A DNA stretch of 64,000 bases, taken from Candidatus Cybelea sp. GTDB lineage: Bacteria > Acidobacteriota > Terriglobia > Acidiferrales > UBA7541. The notes beneath the pieces were generated by a model, which was given only the letters and a program-made list of their open reading frames with translations, was not told the DNA's origin and did no database searches. Made by a program: the position numbers and the translations under genes. Of this stretch, positions 10,066-19,638 are shown piece after piece. Within the stretch, counting starts at the first letter, position 1, and each line of letters opens with the position of its first letter. The DNA is taken from NCBI GenBank assembly GCA_035622135.1, contig DASPVZ010000007.1, positions 13,635 through 77,634 of the forward strand, written 5' to 3'.

Positions 10066-10635
10066 TCAGGGATTCTTCGCGAGATCGCCTTGGATCGGCG
10101 GGTCCTGCGCAGTCGCTGGGCGATTTTCGCTCGTGCCGCGTAGCAACCCCGTTTCGTCTGAGAACAGGTTCACATAACCGTAATTGCCGGCGCGCGCGGT
10201 CAGCGTGTAGGTGTTAATCCGGCTGTCCAGGGTCTGGCTACCGGGGGTGTACTGCACGCTGTAGCGGCCGGATTCCGCTTCTCGGGATGCGTCTTGAGCT
10301 GCGGCACCAAGCGCCTCCAGCGACGACGGGAAGGCGCCTTCGCTTGCATGATACGCCCCGAGTGCCTCCTGTATTTTCAGCATGGCTGCCATAGCATGTC
10401 TCTCCGCGTCGGGCTTTGAACCTGCCAGGCGCCAGGGAAAAGCAAACCAGGCGATCGCGACGACGCTTAGTAGAACAACTCCCCAGAGAATCACGATCCT
10501 GCGCAGGGAGGCTCTAGGAGAGTGTGCAAAACCCAGATCCACCCCGCTATCGGTGAGGTCCACCCCGCAGTACGGGCAAACCTCGGTCGCCGAATTGATG
10601 GGCTGCTCGCAGTCGCGGCATGTGTACATGGACAA
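10066..10635 (-). CDS. Zinc-ribbon / single-TM / pilin-like-ectodomain protein (uncharacterised)
   Basis: N-terminal CxxC-x13-CxxC (CRDCEQPINSATEVCPYCG). TM helix IVILWGVVLLSVVAIAWFAF. The C-terminal 110 aa resemble type IV pilin/pseudopilin globular domains (AMLKIQEALGAYHASEGAFPSSLEALG...YSVQYTPG...YTLTARAG...FSDETGLLR). Confidence 0.6.
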   Translation of the reverse strand: MSMYTCRDCEQPINSATEVCPYCGVDLTDSGVDLGFAHSPRASLRRIVILWGVVLLSVVAIAWFAFPWRLAGSKPDAERHAMAAMLKIQEALGAYHASEGAFPSSLEALGAAAQDASREAESGRYSVQYTPGSQTLDSRINTYTLTARAGNYGYVNLFSDETGLLRGTSENRPATAQDPPIQGDLAKNP

Positions 10636-10763
10636 CCGATGTTAGCAGGCTTTGCGGTGCCGGGGCAGGCCGAACCCCGGCAGCCGCGAAACAAGACGGG
10701 TTCGGCTCCTCGTCGCGCACAAAGCCAGGGGCTTCGCGGACGGGGCCGGACGATTGAAGTGGA

Positions 10764-11441
10764 TTACTCGGGTTCCTGGGCGTGCCCGAACACAACCAGG
10801 CCCATCTTCAAGGGCGTCGAGAGCGGCGCCTGGAAGAACACCACCCAGAGGTCGCCGTCGTCCTGATGGGCGATACCCGGCAGCGTAGCAGGCGCCGTAT
10901 CTGCCGGAACCAGGCTCCAGATGGAGGGATGCCCGGTGCCGGACGCCTTGCGGCTCAGCTTAAGGAGGCTGTCCGTGGTGATCGGTTGAGCCGAGGTGTC
11001 GAGCGCAGCCGGAACGGCAAGCAAGAAGTCGCGGTACGGCGAAACGCCCTGATGGTTGCCGTCGACCGGCTCGAGCATGAACCGCAGCGCATACACCCCC
11101 GGCTCAATCGGCTGATTTCGATAGTCGTTATTCTTCGCGCCAAGCTTCATCGCGCCGACGAGCGCGCCTTGGGGAATCTGGCCGAAATTGACGCCAAGAC
11201 TCGTGTCCGGCGTGGCGGCGGTGGGAACCGACTTGGCGAGCCAGATCTCGCACAGGGGGCCACCGGGCCCAGTGACCTCGATCCCCGTCGGAGAAAGCGC
11301 GTCGCGGATGCCGCCGGCGAGCTCCTGCGGCGGGGGCGCGGCTGAAGATTCCAGTTTGTACTGAGCGGAGGCGGTGGTGGTGAACGCGAATACGAAGATG
11401 ACGGACAGAAGATACCTGTTGCGAGAAGAATGCGGCTTCAT
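10764..11441 (-). CDS. Uncharacterised secreted protein
   Basis: ATG at 11441 preceded by AGGAG 7 nt upstream. Signal peptide MKPHSSRNRYLLSVIFVFAFTTTASAQ. No recognisable motifs. The longest ORF extends to 11486. Confidence 0.6.
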   Translation of the reverse strand: MKPHSSRNRYLLSVIFVFAFTTTASAQYKLESSAAPPPQELAGGIRDALSPTGIEVTGPGGPLCEIWLAKSVPTAATPDTSLGVNFGQIPQGALVGAMKLGAKNNDYRNQPIEPGVYALRFMLEPVDGNHQGVSPYRDFLLAVPAALDTSAQPITTDSLLKLSRKASGTGHPSIWSLVPADTAPATLPGIAHQDDGDLWVVFFQAPLSTPLKMGLVVFGHAQEPE

Positions 11442-11524
11442 TCCTGCTCCTAGGTGTTTGTATGATCCGGCCACGCCAGACCGCAAGACCGCGCGTCCGC
11501 GCGAACCCGAATGGCGAAAGGCGC

Positions 11525-12196
11525 CTACTCTGCGAAAGAGCCTACGAAGGAGCTGCGGCGGCCGGAGTCAATCCAGGTTACGCCCAGACCGTCTCCCGTG
11601 TAGCTGCTGTCGGCTGCCACCACGGGCATCGAGTGCTCGAGATGCCCGGCCAGAGGCGGATAATAGACCTCTTCATTGTGGCAGAGCTTGTCCGTGCTGC
11701 GCAGCGTGCGGGTAGAAAGACGGACGAGATTGCCGGCCTGTACGGTCGTGTAGCCGTGCTGGGCGATGGTAAATGAAATCGGCTGCGACTGGACGGCCAC
11801 TACGTCATTCAGCAGACCGGAAGCCTGCGCCTGTGCAAATTCGACCAGGGCCGCGCGTTGCGCATCGTTCGCGCGGGAGTCCACCACAAAAACCGTCTTC
11901 GCAGGGAGCGGGTTCGTATAGGGATCGCCAAGTGTGCCGCTGGCGCGCACGACAGCCACCACGCTCAAATCCGAGAGCGAAACGCCGGACCATGCGCCGT
12001 CGCGCACGTGCCAAGCGAGCACCGCGTCGTCGCCAGTGAGATTCATCTCGGAATTGGCAAAGCACGGACCGGTATAAACGTCTGCGTTGCGGAATTCGGC
12101 GTAATCGCCGGAGATCGCAGGAACGTTGCTCCCCGCTTTTGCGACCATCGGCAGGGCCATCAGAACGGCCGCCAAGAGGATTCCCTTTGTTCGCAT
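11525..12196 (-). CDS. Uncharacterised secreted protein, possibly DUF1326-like
   Basis: GGAGG upstream of ATG 12196. Signal peptide MRTKGILLAAVLMALPMVAKAG. Length and block order recall DUF1326 (ISGDYAEF...GPCF...LAWHV..G..SGV.LS.L), but the Cys cluster typical of that family is mostly missing. Family call is from memory only. Confidence 0.55.
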   Translation of the reverse strand: MRTKGILLAAVLMALPMVAKAGSNVPAISGDYAEFRNADVYTGPCFANSEMNLTGDDAVLAWHVRDGAWSGVSLSDLSVVAVVRASGTLGDPYTNPLPAKTVFVVDSRANDAQRAALVEFAQAQASGLLNDVVAVQSQPISFTIAQHGYTTVQAGNLVRLSTRTLRSTDKLCHNEEVYYPPLAGHLEHSMPVVAADSSYTGDGLGVTWIDSGRRSSFVGSFAE

Positions 12197-12366
12197 CCAA
12201 ACCTCCTCACTTGCCCGATTCTCTATTCTCGCACATCTCCGCTAATGGATGAATAGTGACGATACGGGGATGCAAGGTTCGACCGAGGACGCCCCGGTCG
12301 CTCGGGCCGTTCGAGGTAGCAGACCCATGCAACAGGCGGCCGCCGAGGTGAATCGAACAACTCGAA

Positions 12367-13521
12367 ATGCGACAGCCGCTATTCGCATCTTTCCTGGCAC
12401 GAATCGGGACGCTCCTGATCTCGATTCTGGCCTGGCTCGGAACGGCACGGGCTCAGGGAGCACCAGCCGGACCGTTGCACCCAAACCCGAACGCACCGCC
12501 CGAAGAATTACCCACGAGCCAGCAACAGCACCCCATTCGCACGGTAGTAAGCATCGTGACGGCCCCCGTCGTGGTCCACAGCGCTCGAACCGGGGAAATG
12601 GTTCTCGACCTCACCAAAAACGATTTCCACGTTTACGACAATGGCGTCGAGCAAAAGATCGATCATTTCGATCTGGGAGGGGATCCGCTTTCCCTGGTGC
12701 TGGTGGTCGAGACAAGTTCGCGTGTGGCGCCCATGCTGCCGGCGATTCGTCAATCCGGGATTGTCTTCAGCAGTGCCGTGATGGGCCAAACGGCTGAAGC
12801 AGCTGTACTCGGATACGATGACACCGTCGATTTGCTCGAAAGTTTCACGACCGATGTGGATGACGTCCAAAAGACAATCAACGATTTGAAGGCTGGGACG
12901 GCGGGCAGGAGGCTCTACGACGCGATGTCGCGCGGAATCACCACGCTCGAGGAACGTCCGCCGGTGAGGCGACGCATCCTGCTCGTCATCGGAGAAGCCC
13001 GGGACACGGGGAGCGAGAACCGACTCGGAGCCGTCCTCCGGCACGCCCAGCTGGCGAACGTCACGGTCTTCGCCGTGGGGCTCAGTTCGACCTCTGCCGA
13101 GCTGCGACAGTCGGCTGAGCAGTCTGAGCCGCGGCCCAACGGTCCGCCCGGAACTTATCCGGTGCCTACGCCGACCGAACAGCCGGAAACGCCGCAGATG
13201 GAGCAGGCCGCACAGGGCAATATGAATCTGGGCGCCTTGCTCATTTGGCTGGTGAAGACGGGCAAAGATGCCCTGGGAGCAAACTCGCTCGAGATTGCAA
13301 GCAAGGCGACGGGCGGCTTGGATGTCAGCACGCTGCATGACCGCGAGATTCAGCAGGCCCTGGACAAGATCGGGGGCGAACTGCACGCCGAGTACGTGGT
13401 TGGCTATCACCCGGCGCAGAGTGAGCCGTCGGGTTACCATCAAATTAAGGTGAGCGTCGACCGAAAGAACATCACGGTGCGGTCACGGCCCGGATACTAC
13501 ATTCCACCGCCAGTTGAGTGA
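12367..13521 (+). CDS. VWA domain protein of the acidobacterial VWFA-related type
   Basis: Signal peptide. Block FHVYDNGVEQKIDHFD, then a VWA fold (LSLVLVVETSS...LLVIGEARDTGS) and a C-terminal YHQIKVSVDRKNITVRSRPGYY, as in the TIGR03436-type family (recalled, not searched). Confidence 0.8.
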   Translation: MRQPLFASFLARIGTLLISILAWLGTARAQGAPAGPLHPNPNAPPEELPTSQQQHPIRTVVSIVTAPVVVHSARTGEMVLDLTKNDFHVYDNGVEQKIDHFDLGGDPLSLVLVVETSSRVAPMLPAIRQSGIVFSSAVMGQTAEAAVLGYDDTVDLLESFTTDVDDVQKTINDLKAGTAGRRLYDAMSRGITTLEERPPVRRRILLVIGEARDTGSENRLGAVLRHAQLANVTVFAVGLSSTSAELRQSAEQSEPRPNGPPGTYPVPTPTEQPETPQMEQAAQGNMNLGALLIWLVKTGKDALGANSLEIASKATGGLDVSTLHDREIQQALDKIGGELHAEYVVGYHPAQSEPSGYHQIKVSVDRKNITVRSRPGYYIPPPVE

Positions 13522-13596
13522 ACCAACACAGGCGCAGAAAGAGCTCACGCGGCAATTTGGACCGTTTCAAGAGCGATCCCCTGGAGGGTCCCGCCG

Positions 13597-14061
13597 ATGA
13601 GGAAGCCTGCACGCAGTCGAGCGCTCTTCCCGCCCGATGATCACTTTGCGGCAGGGAAACCACGCCAGAAGGTCCCTTATGAGTTCGTGCTCGATCGACT
13701 CGTCGCGGCATCGCCCTGGACCCGGCCGATGTTCGGGTGCCTGGCCGTGTACGTGGGCGAAAAAATCGTCCTCTTATTGCGCGACAAGTCGACGAGACCT
13801 TGTGACAACGGCGTGTGGCTCGCAACGACTGAGGAGCACCACGAGAGCCTTCGCCGGGAGTTCCCCTGTCTGCGGTCCATCGAGCTGGGGCGGAAGCCCG
13901 TCACCGGCTGGCAGGTGATTCCGGCCGACGCCCCGGATTTTGAGGAGGCGGCGCTCGGCGCATGCGAACTCGTGATGAGGGGGGATCCCCGCATCGGCAA
14001 GGTCCCTCGGTCGCGGCAGGCGCTCGGATTGAAACGAAGCACCAAGTACGGCGAACCTTGA
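13597..14061 (+). CDS. Hypothetical protein (weak TfoX-N/YjbR-like resemblance)
   Basis: 154-aa ORF with GGAGGG 8 nt upstream of the ATG. PMFGCLAVYVGEKIVLLLRDK resembles TfoX N-terminal-type folds. Low certainty. Confidence 0.5.
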   Translation: MRKPARSRALFPPDDHFAAGKPRQKVPYEFVLDRLVAASPWTRPMFGCLAVYVGEKIVLLLRDKSTRPCDNGVWLATTEEHHESLRREFPCLRSIELGRKPVTGWQVIPADAPDFEEAALGACELVMRGDPRIGKVPRSRQALGLKRSTKYGEP

Positions 14062-14103
14062 TAGGATGAAAGGACCTGAAATCGACATCGGGTTCGGGTT
14101 GAC

Positions 14104-16605
14104 ATGACGCACCGCCTTCACAGCCTGTTCCAGGATTTCTGGCTTTCCGTGCGGCAGCTGAGCAAGTCTCCGGGACTGACCATTCTGGCCATTCTCACGC
14201 TTGCGCTGGGCATTGGCGCAAATACGGCGATGTTCACGGTAGCGGATAACGTGCTCCTCCGACCGCTGCCGTATCCTGAGGCCAGCCGCCTGGTTTCCGT
14301 CAGCACATCGGACAGGGAGCAAAATCCAACGACGTCTTGGCTGAATTACCGTGACGTGCGCGACCAATCCCAGACCCTCGATGCCGTGAGCGGCTATTCA
14401 ACTGACCTGGGTGTCCTTCAGGCAGATGATGGCGCCTCGGGCGTCCTGGCGCCACGTGTCACGCCCAACCTCTTGCGGATGCTCGGGGCGCGCCCCCTTC
14501 TGGGGCGCGTCTTCGCGGATCGAGAGGGCCAAGCTGGTGGAGCGCAGGTCGCCATGCTCTCTGAGGGTCTGTGGCGCGAGAAATTTCACGCGGATCCTGA
14601 GATTGTGGGTCGCACGATCCGGTTGAACGAGAAGCCACAAACGGTGATTGGCGTTCTGCCATCGAGCTTCCGATTTCCGGAAGCCACCACCCAAGGCACG
14701 GACACAGCCGTCTGGCTTCCCATACAGCCAACCGAGGAGATGCTGAAAGACCGCGGCTACGATTTTTTTCAAATTCTCGGGCAGTTGAAGCCGGGCGTAA
14801 CGCTTGCCCAGGCGCGAACAGAAGCCCGGTTGATCGCCGGTCGCATTCATCGGGCGGCTCCCGATGACACCGAGGGGCTCGCCCTGTACGTCGAGCCTTA
14901 CCAGGAAACCATCACGGGCCCCATTCGTGCCGTGTTCGTCGGGCTGATTGCGGCGCTCGGGCTGGTGTTGCTGATCGCCTGTGCGAATGTGGCGAATCTG
15001 TTGATCGCCCGCTGCCTGGTTCGCCAGCAGGAGTTCGCCGTGCGCGCGGCCCTCGGAGCGAGCCGATGGCGCCTGGCGCGGCAGATGATTATCGAAGGCG
15101 GCGTGCTCAGCACCTTAGGCTGTGCCGCCGGTTTTGCGCTGGCCTGCTTGGCCATCGGGGCGGTACATCGCCTTCCCCCGGACGCCGTTCCCCTCGCTGA
15201 TCGGATCGGCGTGCGCTGGACGGTGATGCTGATCCTGGGGGGAATTGCGACGATTACGACCGTGTTCTCCGCAATTGTCCCGGCGTTTATGGTGGCCCGG
15301 GCCGACCCGCAGAAGGCTTTGCAAGCCGCGTCGCGCGGGCTGGGCAGCAGGTCCGTGCGAGGCCGGATTAGCGGCACGCTGGTGGGTGTCGAGGTGGCCC
15401 TTTCGACCCTGCTCCTGGTGGCCACCGGCCTGCTGACGCACACGCTGTGGAATCTCGAACATGCCAATCTCGGGCTCGACACGACTCATGTGACGACGTT
15501 CACGGCCATGCCGGGAGACGCGGCGGGCTTTACGGGCCTGGCCGTTTCGACCGCGACGCAGACGGCACCGACCTCGGTCGCCACACTCGTCTATGAACCG
15601 GTTCTGGACAGAATCGAACGGCTGCCCGGGGTCATGGGAGCGGCTCTTGCCACCACCCCGCCCTTGTCGGGTTCGAACATGAGCACGAGCTTCGATTTGG
15701 TCGGAGAGCCAAAGGACCGCCAGCACCACCCTGTGGCCCGTATCACGGCGGTGAGCACGCGGTACGCATCCGTGCTCGGCACGCCGGTGCTGCGCGGGCG
15801 GATGATCTCGGATGCGGACAGCGCGAGCGCGCCCTATGTGGCCGTAATCAACGACGCGCTCGCGAGAAAGTACTTTCCGACTAAAGACCCGCTCGGGCGG
15901 CAGCTGGACCTGGGCGGGAAGGAAACGGGAATGCTGAGGCCGTACACGGTCGTGGGAGTGCTCGGCGATCAGATTGCCGGCGGCGTTTCTCAACCGGTCG
16001 GCCCCCTGATCATGCTGACTTACGAGCAGGTCCCCACGACATCCCTCTATTATCCCCTGCTGCTCAAGACGGTGATGAGCTTTGCGGTCAAGACGCGCGG
16101 CGATATTGCCGTGGCCAGCGGCGTGCGTTCTGTTTTCCACCAGGCGGCGCCCGATTATGCCGTGGAAGATTTTGCGCCGATGCAACAAGCCGTGGACAAA
16201 AGCAACTTCAGCGCGCGGCTGGGAATGTATTTGATCGGCGCGTTCGGGGTTTTGGCGACTGCCCTGGTGATCGCCGGCCTTTATGGCGTGCTCGCCCAGC
16301 TGGTCAGCTACCGGCGACGCGAAATTGGGGTCCGGCTCGCGCTCGGGGCTACGCCGCGCGAGATCGTTCGGCTCATCCTGCGCCAGGGGCTGGTGGTGAT
16401 CGGTATCGGTTTGGCGGCCGGAATCCTAGCCGCCGTTTTGACCGAGCGATTGGTGACCGGCTTTCTCTACGAGGTCCAACCGCTCGATGCCTGGACCTAC
16501 GCGGGAGTCGTGCTGGTGCTGTTGTGCGCCGGAAGCATTGCGGCACTGGTTCCCGCGCGGCGGGCCAGCTCGGTCGGACCGGTCGAGGCCCTGCGCGAGG
16601 AATAG
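14104..16605 (+). CDS. ADOP-family duplicated MacB-like ABC permease (two FtsX domains, no ATPase domain)
   Basis: 833 aa. N-terminal TM then a large periplasmic domain, 4-TM FtsX module, second periplasmic domain and second FtsX module. Typical start FQDFWLSVRQLSKSPGLTILAILTLALGIGANTAMF and end ALVPARRASSVGPVEALREE. Confidence 0.9.
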   Translation: MTHRLHSLFQDFWLSVRQLSKSPGLTILAILTLALGIGANTAMFTVADNVLLRPLPYPEASRLVSVSTSDREQNPTTSWLNYRDVRDQSQTLDAVSGYSTDLGVLQADDGASGVLAPRVTPNLLRMLGARPLLGRVFADREGQAGGAQVAMLSEGLWREKFHADPEIVGRTIRLNEKPQTVIGVLPSSFRFPEATTQGTDTAVWLPIQPTEEMLKDRGYDFFQILGQLKPGVTLAQARTEARLIAGRIHRAAPDDTEGLALYVEPYQETITGPIRAVFVGLIAALGLVLLIACANVANLLIARCLVRQQEFAVRAALGASRWRLARQMIIEGGVLSTLGCAAGFALACLAIGAVHRLPPDAVPLADRIGVRWTVMLILGGIATITTVFSAIVPAFMVARADPQKALQAASRGLGSRSVRGRISGTLVGVEVALSTLLLVATGLLTHTLWNLEHANLGLDTTHVTTFTAMPGDAAGFTGLAVSTATQTAPTSVATLVYEPVLDRIERLPGVMGAALATTPPLSGSNMSTSFDLVGEPKDRQHHPVARITAVSTRYASVLGTPVLRGRMISDADSASAPYVAVINDALARKYFPTKDPLGRQLDLGGKETGMLRPYTVVGVLGDQIAGGVSQPVGPLIMLTYEQVPTTSLYYPLLLKTVMSFAVKTRGDIAVASGVRSVFHQAAPDYAVEDFAPMQQAVDKSNFSARLGMYLIGAFGVLATALVIAGLYGVLAQLVSYRRREIGVRLALGATPREIVRLILRQGLVVIGIGLAAGILAAVLTERLVTGFLYEVQPLDAWTYAGVVLVLLCAGSIAALVPARRASSVGPVEALREE

Positions 16606-16647
16606 ACTCTTGCGCCGCGACCGCCGAGTGCGATCTCGACGATCTTC

Positions 16648-17298
16648 ATGACGACCACAATCAGGCGGGATGCGGGGTTCATTCTCGCCGGCGGGGAGAG
16701 CTCGCGCATGGGTCGCGACAAGGCTCTGCTCGAAATCGCCGGCGTGCCAATGATTGTTCGCATGGCACGACTGGTTCGATCGGTGGCCCGATCGCCCGTC
16801 GTCGTTGGCGCAAGGGAAATTGACAAGCGATGGGGACTCCGCGCGATTCCTGACGACTGGCCGGGCGCCGGCCCGCTGGGCGCAATTGCCACCGCGCTTA
16901 GAGCGTCGGAAACCGACTGGAACCTCATCGTGGCCTGCGATTTGCCATACCTCACTAGACCCTGGCTCGCCTTCTTGGTCGAGCGCGCGCTCGACTCGCA
17001 CCAAGACGCCATTCTGGCCAAGAGCCAGGACGGCGCCGAGCCCCTGTGCGCGATGTATAAGAAGAGTTGCGAAGCGCCGATCTGGCTCGCGCTCGATCGA
17101 GGTGTGCGCAAGGTGACCGAAGGGCTCGCCCACCTCGACATTGAGTGGATAGAACCGAGCGAGTGGAAAGCTTTTGATTCCGGCGGGCTGCTATTCAAGA
17201 ATATGAATACGACGGCCGATTACGAAGAGGCGAGGGCCAGGCTGGTCGGCTGTTCCGAGATGAACGAGTCGGAAGGCCCGTGCCAGCCGTCGACGTAA
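16648..17298 (+). CDS. mobA: Molybdenum cofactor guanylyltransferase
   Basis: N-terminal GFILAGGESSRMGRDKALL, followed by GPLGAI and CDLPY blocks typical of MobA. Confidence 0.8.
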   Translation: MTTTIRRDAGFILAGGESSRMGRDKALLEIAGVPMIVRMARLVRSVARSPVVVGAREIDKRWGLRAIPDDWPGAGPLGAIATALRASETDWNLIVACDLPYLTRPWLAFLVERALDSHQDAILAKSQDGAEPLCAMYKKSCEAPIWLALDRGVRKVTEGLAHLDIEWIEPSEWKAFDSGGLLFKNMNTTADYEEARARLVGCSEMNESEGPCQPST

Positions 17299-17320
17299 CC
17301 AGACTGGATCCTGGCGGGCA

Positions 17321-18088
17321 ATGAGCTACCACTATTTCGAGTTCCGCGCAGTATCGAAATCCTTCGATGGCAACGATGTCCTGAAGAACGTAAGCTTTTT
17401 TGTTGACGAAGGCGAAACGGGAGTGATCCTCGGCCGCAGCGGCGTCGGCAAGTCCGTTTCCCTAAAGCTGCTCATGGGCTTTCTCAAGCCCGAAGCGGGC
17501 CGCATCATTGTCGGGGGCAAGGACGTTACGGGATGGAGCGAGGAACAGTTTTCCGAAATTCGGCGATGCGTGACCATGGTCTTTCAGTCCGGAGCGCTGT
17601 TTGATTCGCTCACTGTTGAGGAGAATGTCGCCTTCCCTATTGTGAGTCGCGGAGGCCGTCACGACCAAGACGAAGTCCACCGGCACGTCGGTGAACTCCT
17701 CGAGATGCTGGAGGTGAGCGAGTTTGCCGATCGCCTGCCCTCTGAACTCAGCACGGGGACCAAACGCGCGGTGGCCATTGCGCGCGCCCTGGCCGAAAAT
17801 CCGCAAGCGATCCTCTACGACGAACCCACCACCATGGTCGATCCTGTCATGGCTTCGCACATCAGCGATTTGATCCTCAAGCTCAAGCAGAAATTCAACA
17901 AGACCTCCATCGTGGTGACCCATGACACACATTTAGGGAAGAGACTCGCCGACCGCGTGATTTTCCTGCACGAGGGCCGCGTCGAGTTCTTCGGGCCCTG
18001 GGCTGAACTCGAGCGTTCGCACGATCCATTCCTGCGAAATTTCCTGCTTCAGGATGAGCTCATTCCTCGGCTGGATGTAACCGCGTGA
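17321..18088 (+). CDS. ABC transporter ATP-binding protein, MlaF/Ttg2A-like
   Basis: Walker A GRSGVGKS, Q-loop MVFQSGALFDSLTVEENV, Walker B ILYDEPTT, H-loop VVTHD, C-terminal DPFLRNFL. The signature motif is degenerate (LSTGT instead of LSGGx). Confidence 0.85.
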   Translation: MSYHYFEFRAVSKSFDGNDVLKNVSFFVDEGETGVILGRSGVGKSVSLKLLMGFLKPEAGRIIVGGKDVTGWSEEQFSEIRRCVTMVFQSGALFDSLTVEENVAFPIVSRGGRHDQDEVHRHVGELLEMLEVSEFADRLPSELSTGTKRAVAIARALAENPQAILYDEPTTMVDPVMASHISDLILKLKQKFNKTSIVVTHDTHLGKRLADRVIFLHEGRVEFFGPWAELERSHDPFLRNFLLQDELIPRLDVTA

Positions 18089-19530
18089 GCGACCAAGCTC
18101 CCGTCGACGCGAGGAAGCAGCTGCGGCGCGTGATGGGATTTTGGGACGTGTTGCTCTTCAATATTGCAACCGTGCTGGGCCCTCGCTGGATCGCGGCCGC
18201 GGCGCACAACGGAACCTCCTCGGTCAGCCTGTGGGTACTCGCCGCGCTGCTCTTCTTTGTGCCCTCCGCGTTTGTGATTACGGAACTTTCGACGCGGTTT
18301 CCCGAGGAAGGCGGACTCTATGTCTGGTCGAAGGAAGCGTTTGGCACCTTTCACGGATTTGTGGCCGGCTGGACGTACTGGGTCTATACCCTGTTCTATT
18401 TCCCCGGACTCTTGATGGCCAGCGCCGCGATGGCAGCGTACATTGGCGGAAATGGCGGGGCTCATCTGGCACAAGATCGCACGTTTCTGATCGCGGGATC
18501 GGTCGCCCTGCTCTTCATCGCCGTGGCTTTGAATATCGTGGGGCTGAATGTCGGCAAGTGGCTGCAAAATGCAGGCGGGGTATGCACGTACGTCCCGCTG
18601 ATGATGCTGGTGGGGATGGGCGCGTACGTGTGGCACGCGCACGGGCCGCAAGCGCATTTCACCTGGTCGACCATGCGGCCGGTGTGGAATTTCAATACGG
18701 TGAACTTCTGGCCCCAGATCGCGTTCGCCTTTGCCGGATTCGAACTTTGCTCGGCGATGAGCGAAGAGGTTCACGACCCGCATAAGACGTTTCCCCGCGC
18801 CATTTTCGGTTCCGGTATTCTGGTTGCGGCGATTTACATCGCGGGCACCGTGGCGCTGCTGGCCATGTTGCCGCCCGAGGCCGTGGATCCCAAGAGCGGG
18901 GTGCTCGAAGCGCTCACGGCAGGCTCAACGCTGCTGCGCATCGGATTATTCGGCGTGATCGCTGCCATTTTGATCAGCATCGGCAATGCGGGGGGCGTGG
19001 GGTCGACCGTGGCGGGGGTAGCGCGCGTTCCCTTTGTCGTGGGGATTGACCGCTATTTGCCTTCGGCGTTCGGGAAGATTCACGCGAAGTGGAAAACGCC
19101 CTGGGTGTCGATCCTGGTGCAGGCGCTGATCTCGTGCCTCATCCTGCTGCTCGCGCAGCTCAAGGCCAATCCGGAGGATGCCTATCAGGGCCTGGTCGAC
19201 GCGGGAACCATTTTGTATTTCATCCCGTTCGTCTACATGTACGGCGCGGTGATCCGGCTCGCCTACCGTAAAGACCGCGGGGCGAATTCGAATCAGATGC
19301 TGATCCCCGGCGGAAAAACCGGCGTGTGGCTCGCCGGATCATGCGGCTTACTAGTGGTGCTGGCGGGAATTGTGTTGTCGCTGATCCCACCGGCCGAGAC
19401 GGTGAACAAATGGATTTTCGAGACCAAGCTCGTGTCCGGGACCGCCCTCTCTTTGGCACTGGGCTTGGTGCTCTATGTGCGAGGAGCGCGGGAAAAGACG
19501 CGGGAATCGGCGCCCTCCATGGCGCCCTGA
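18085..19530 (+). CDS. APC-superfamily amino acid/polyamine permease
   Basis: 481 aa, about 12 predicted TM helices. The N-terminal block KQLRRVMGFWDVLLFNIATVLG is typical of APC transporters. The GTG start overlaps the ATPase stop as GTGA. Confidence 0.85.
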   Translation: MSDQAPVDARKQLRRVMGFWDVLLFNIATVLGPRWIAAAAHNGTSSVSLWVLAALLFFVPSAFVITELSTRFPEEGGLYVWSKEAFGTFHGFVAGWTYWVYTLFYFPGLLMASAAMAAYIGGNGGAHLAQDRTFLIAGSVALLFIAVALNIVGLNVGKWLQNAGGVCTYVPLMMLVGMGAYVWHAHGPQAHFTWSTMRPVWNFNTVNFWPQIAFAFAGFELCSAMSEEVHDPHKTFPRAIFGSGILVAAIYIAGTVALLAMLPPEAVDPKSGVLEALTAGSTLLRIGLFGVIAAILISIGNAGGVGSTVAGVARVPFVVGIDRYLPSAFGKIHAKWKTPWVSILVQALISCLILLLAQLKANPEDAYQGLVDAGTILYFIPFVYMYGAVIRLAYRKDRGANSNQMLIPGGKTGVWLAGSCGLLVVLAGIVLSLIPPAETVNKWIFETKLVSGTALSLALGLVLYVRGAREKTRESAPSMAP

Positions 19531-19638
19531 AGTCCGCCCGAGGTACCGCACGGGCAGATCCTCCTCGGTTGGGTAAGCCGACTCGGGAGGGGCGCCAGGC
19601 GGTCCCCATCGCCATGTCCCGAGCCAGCCGGCAGCCGA

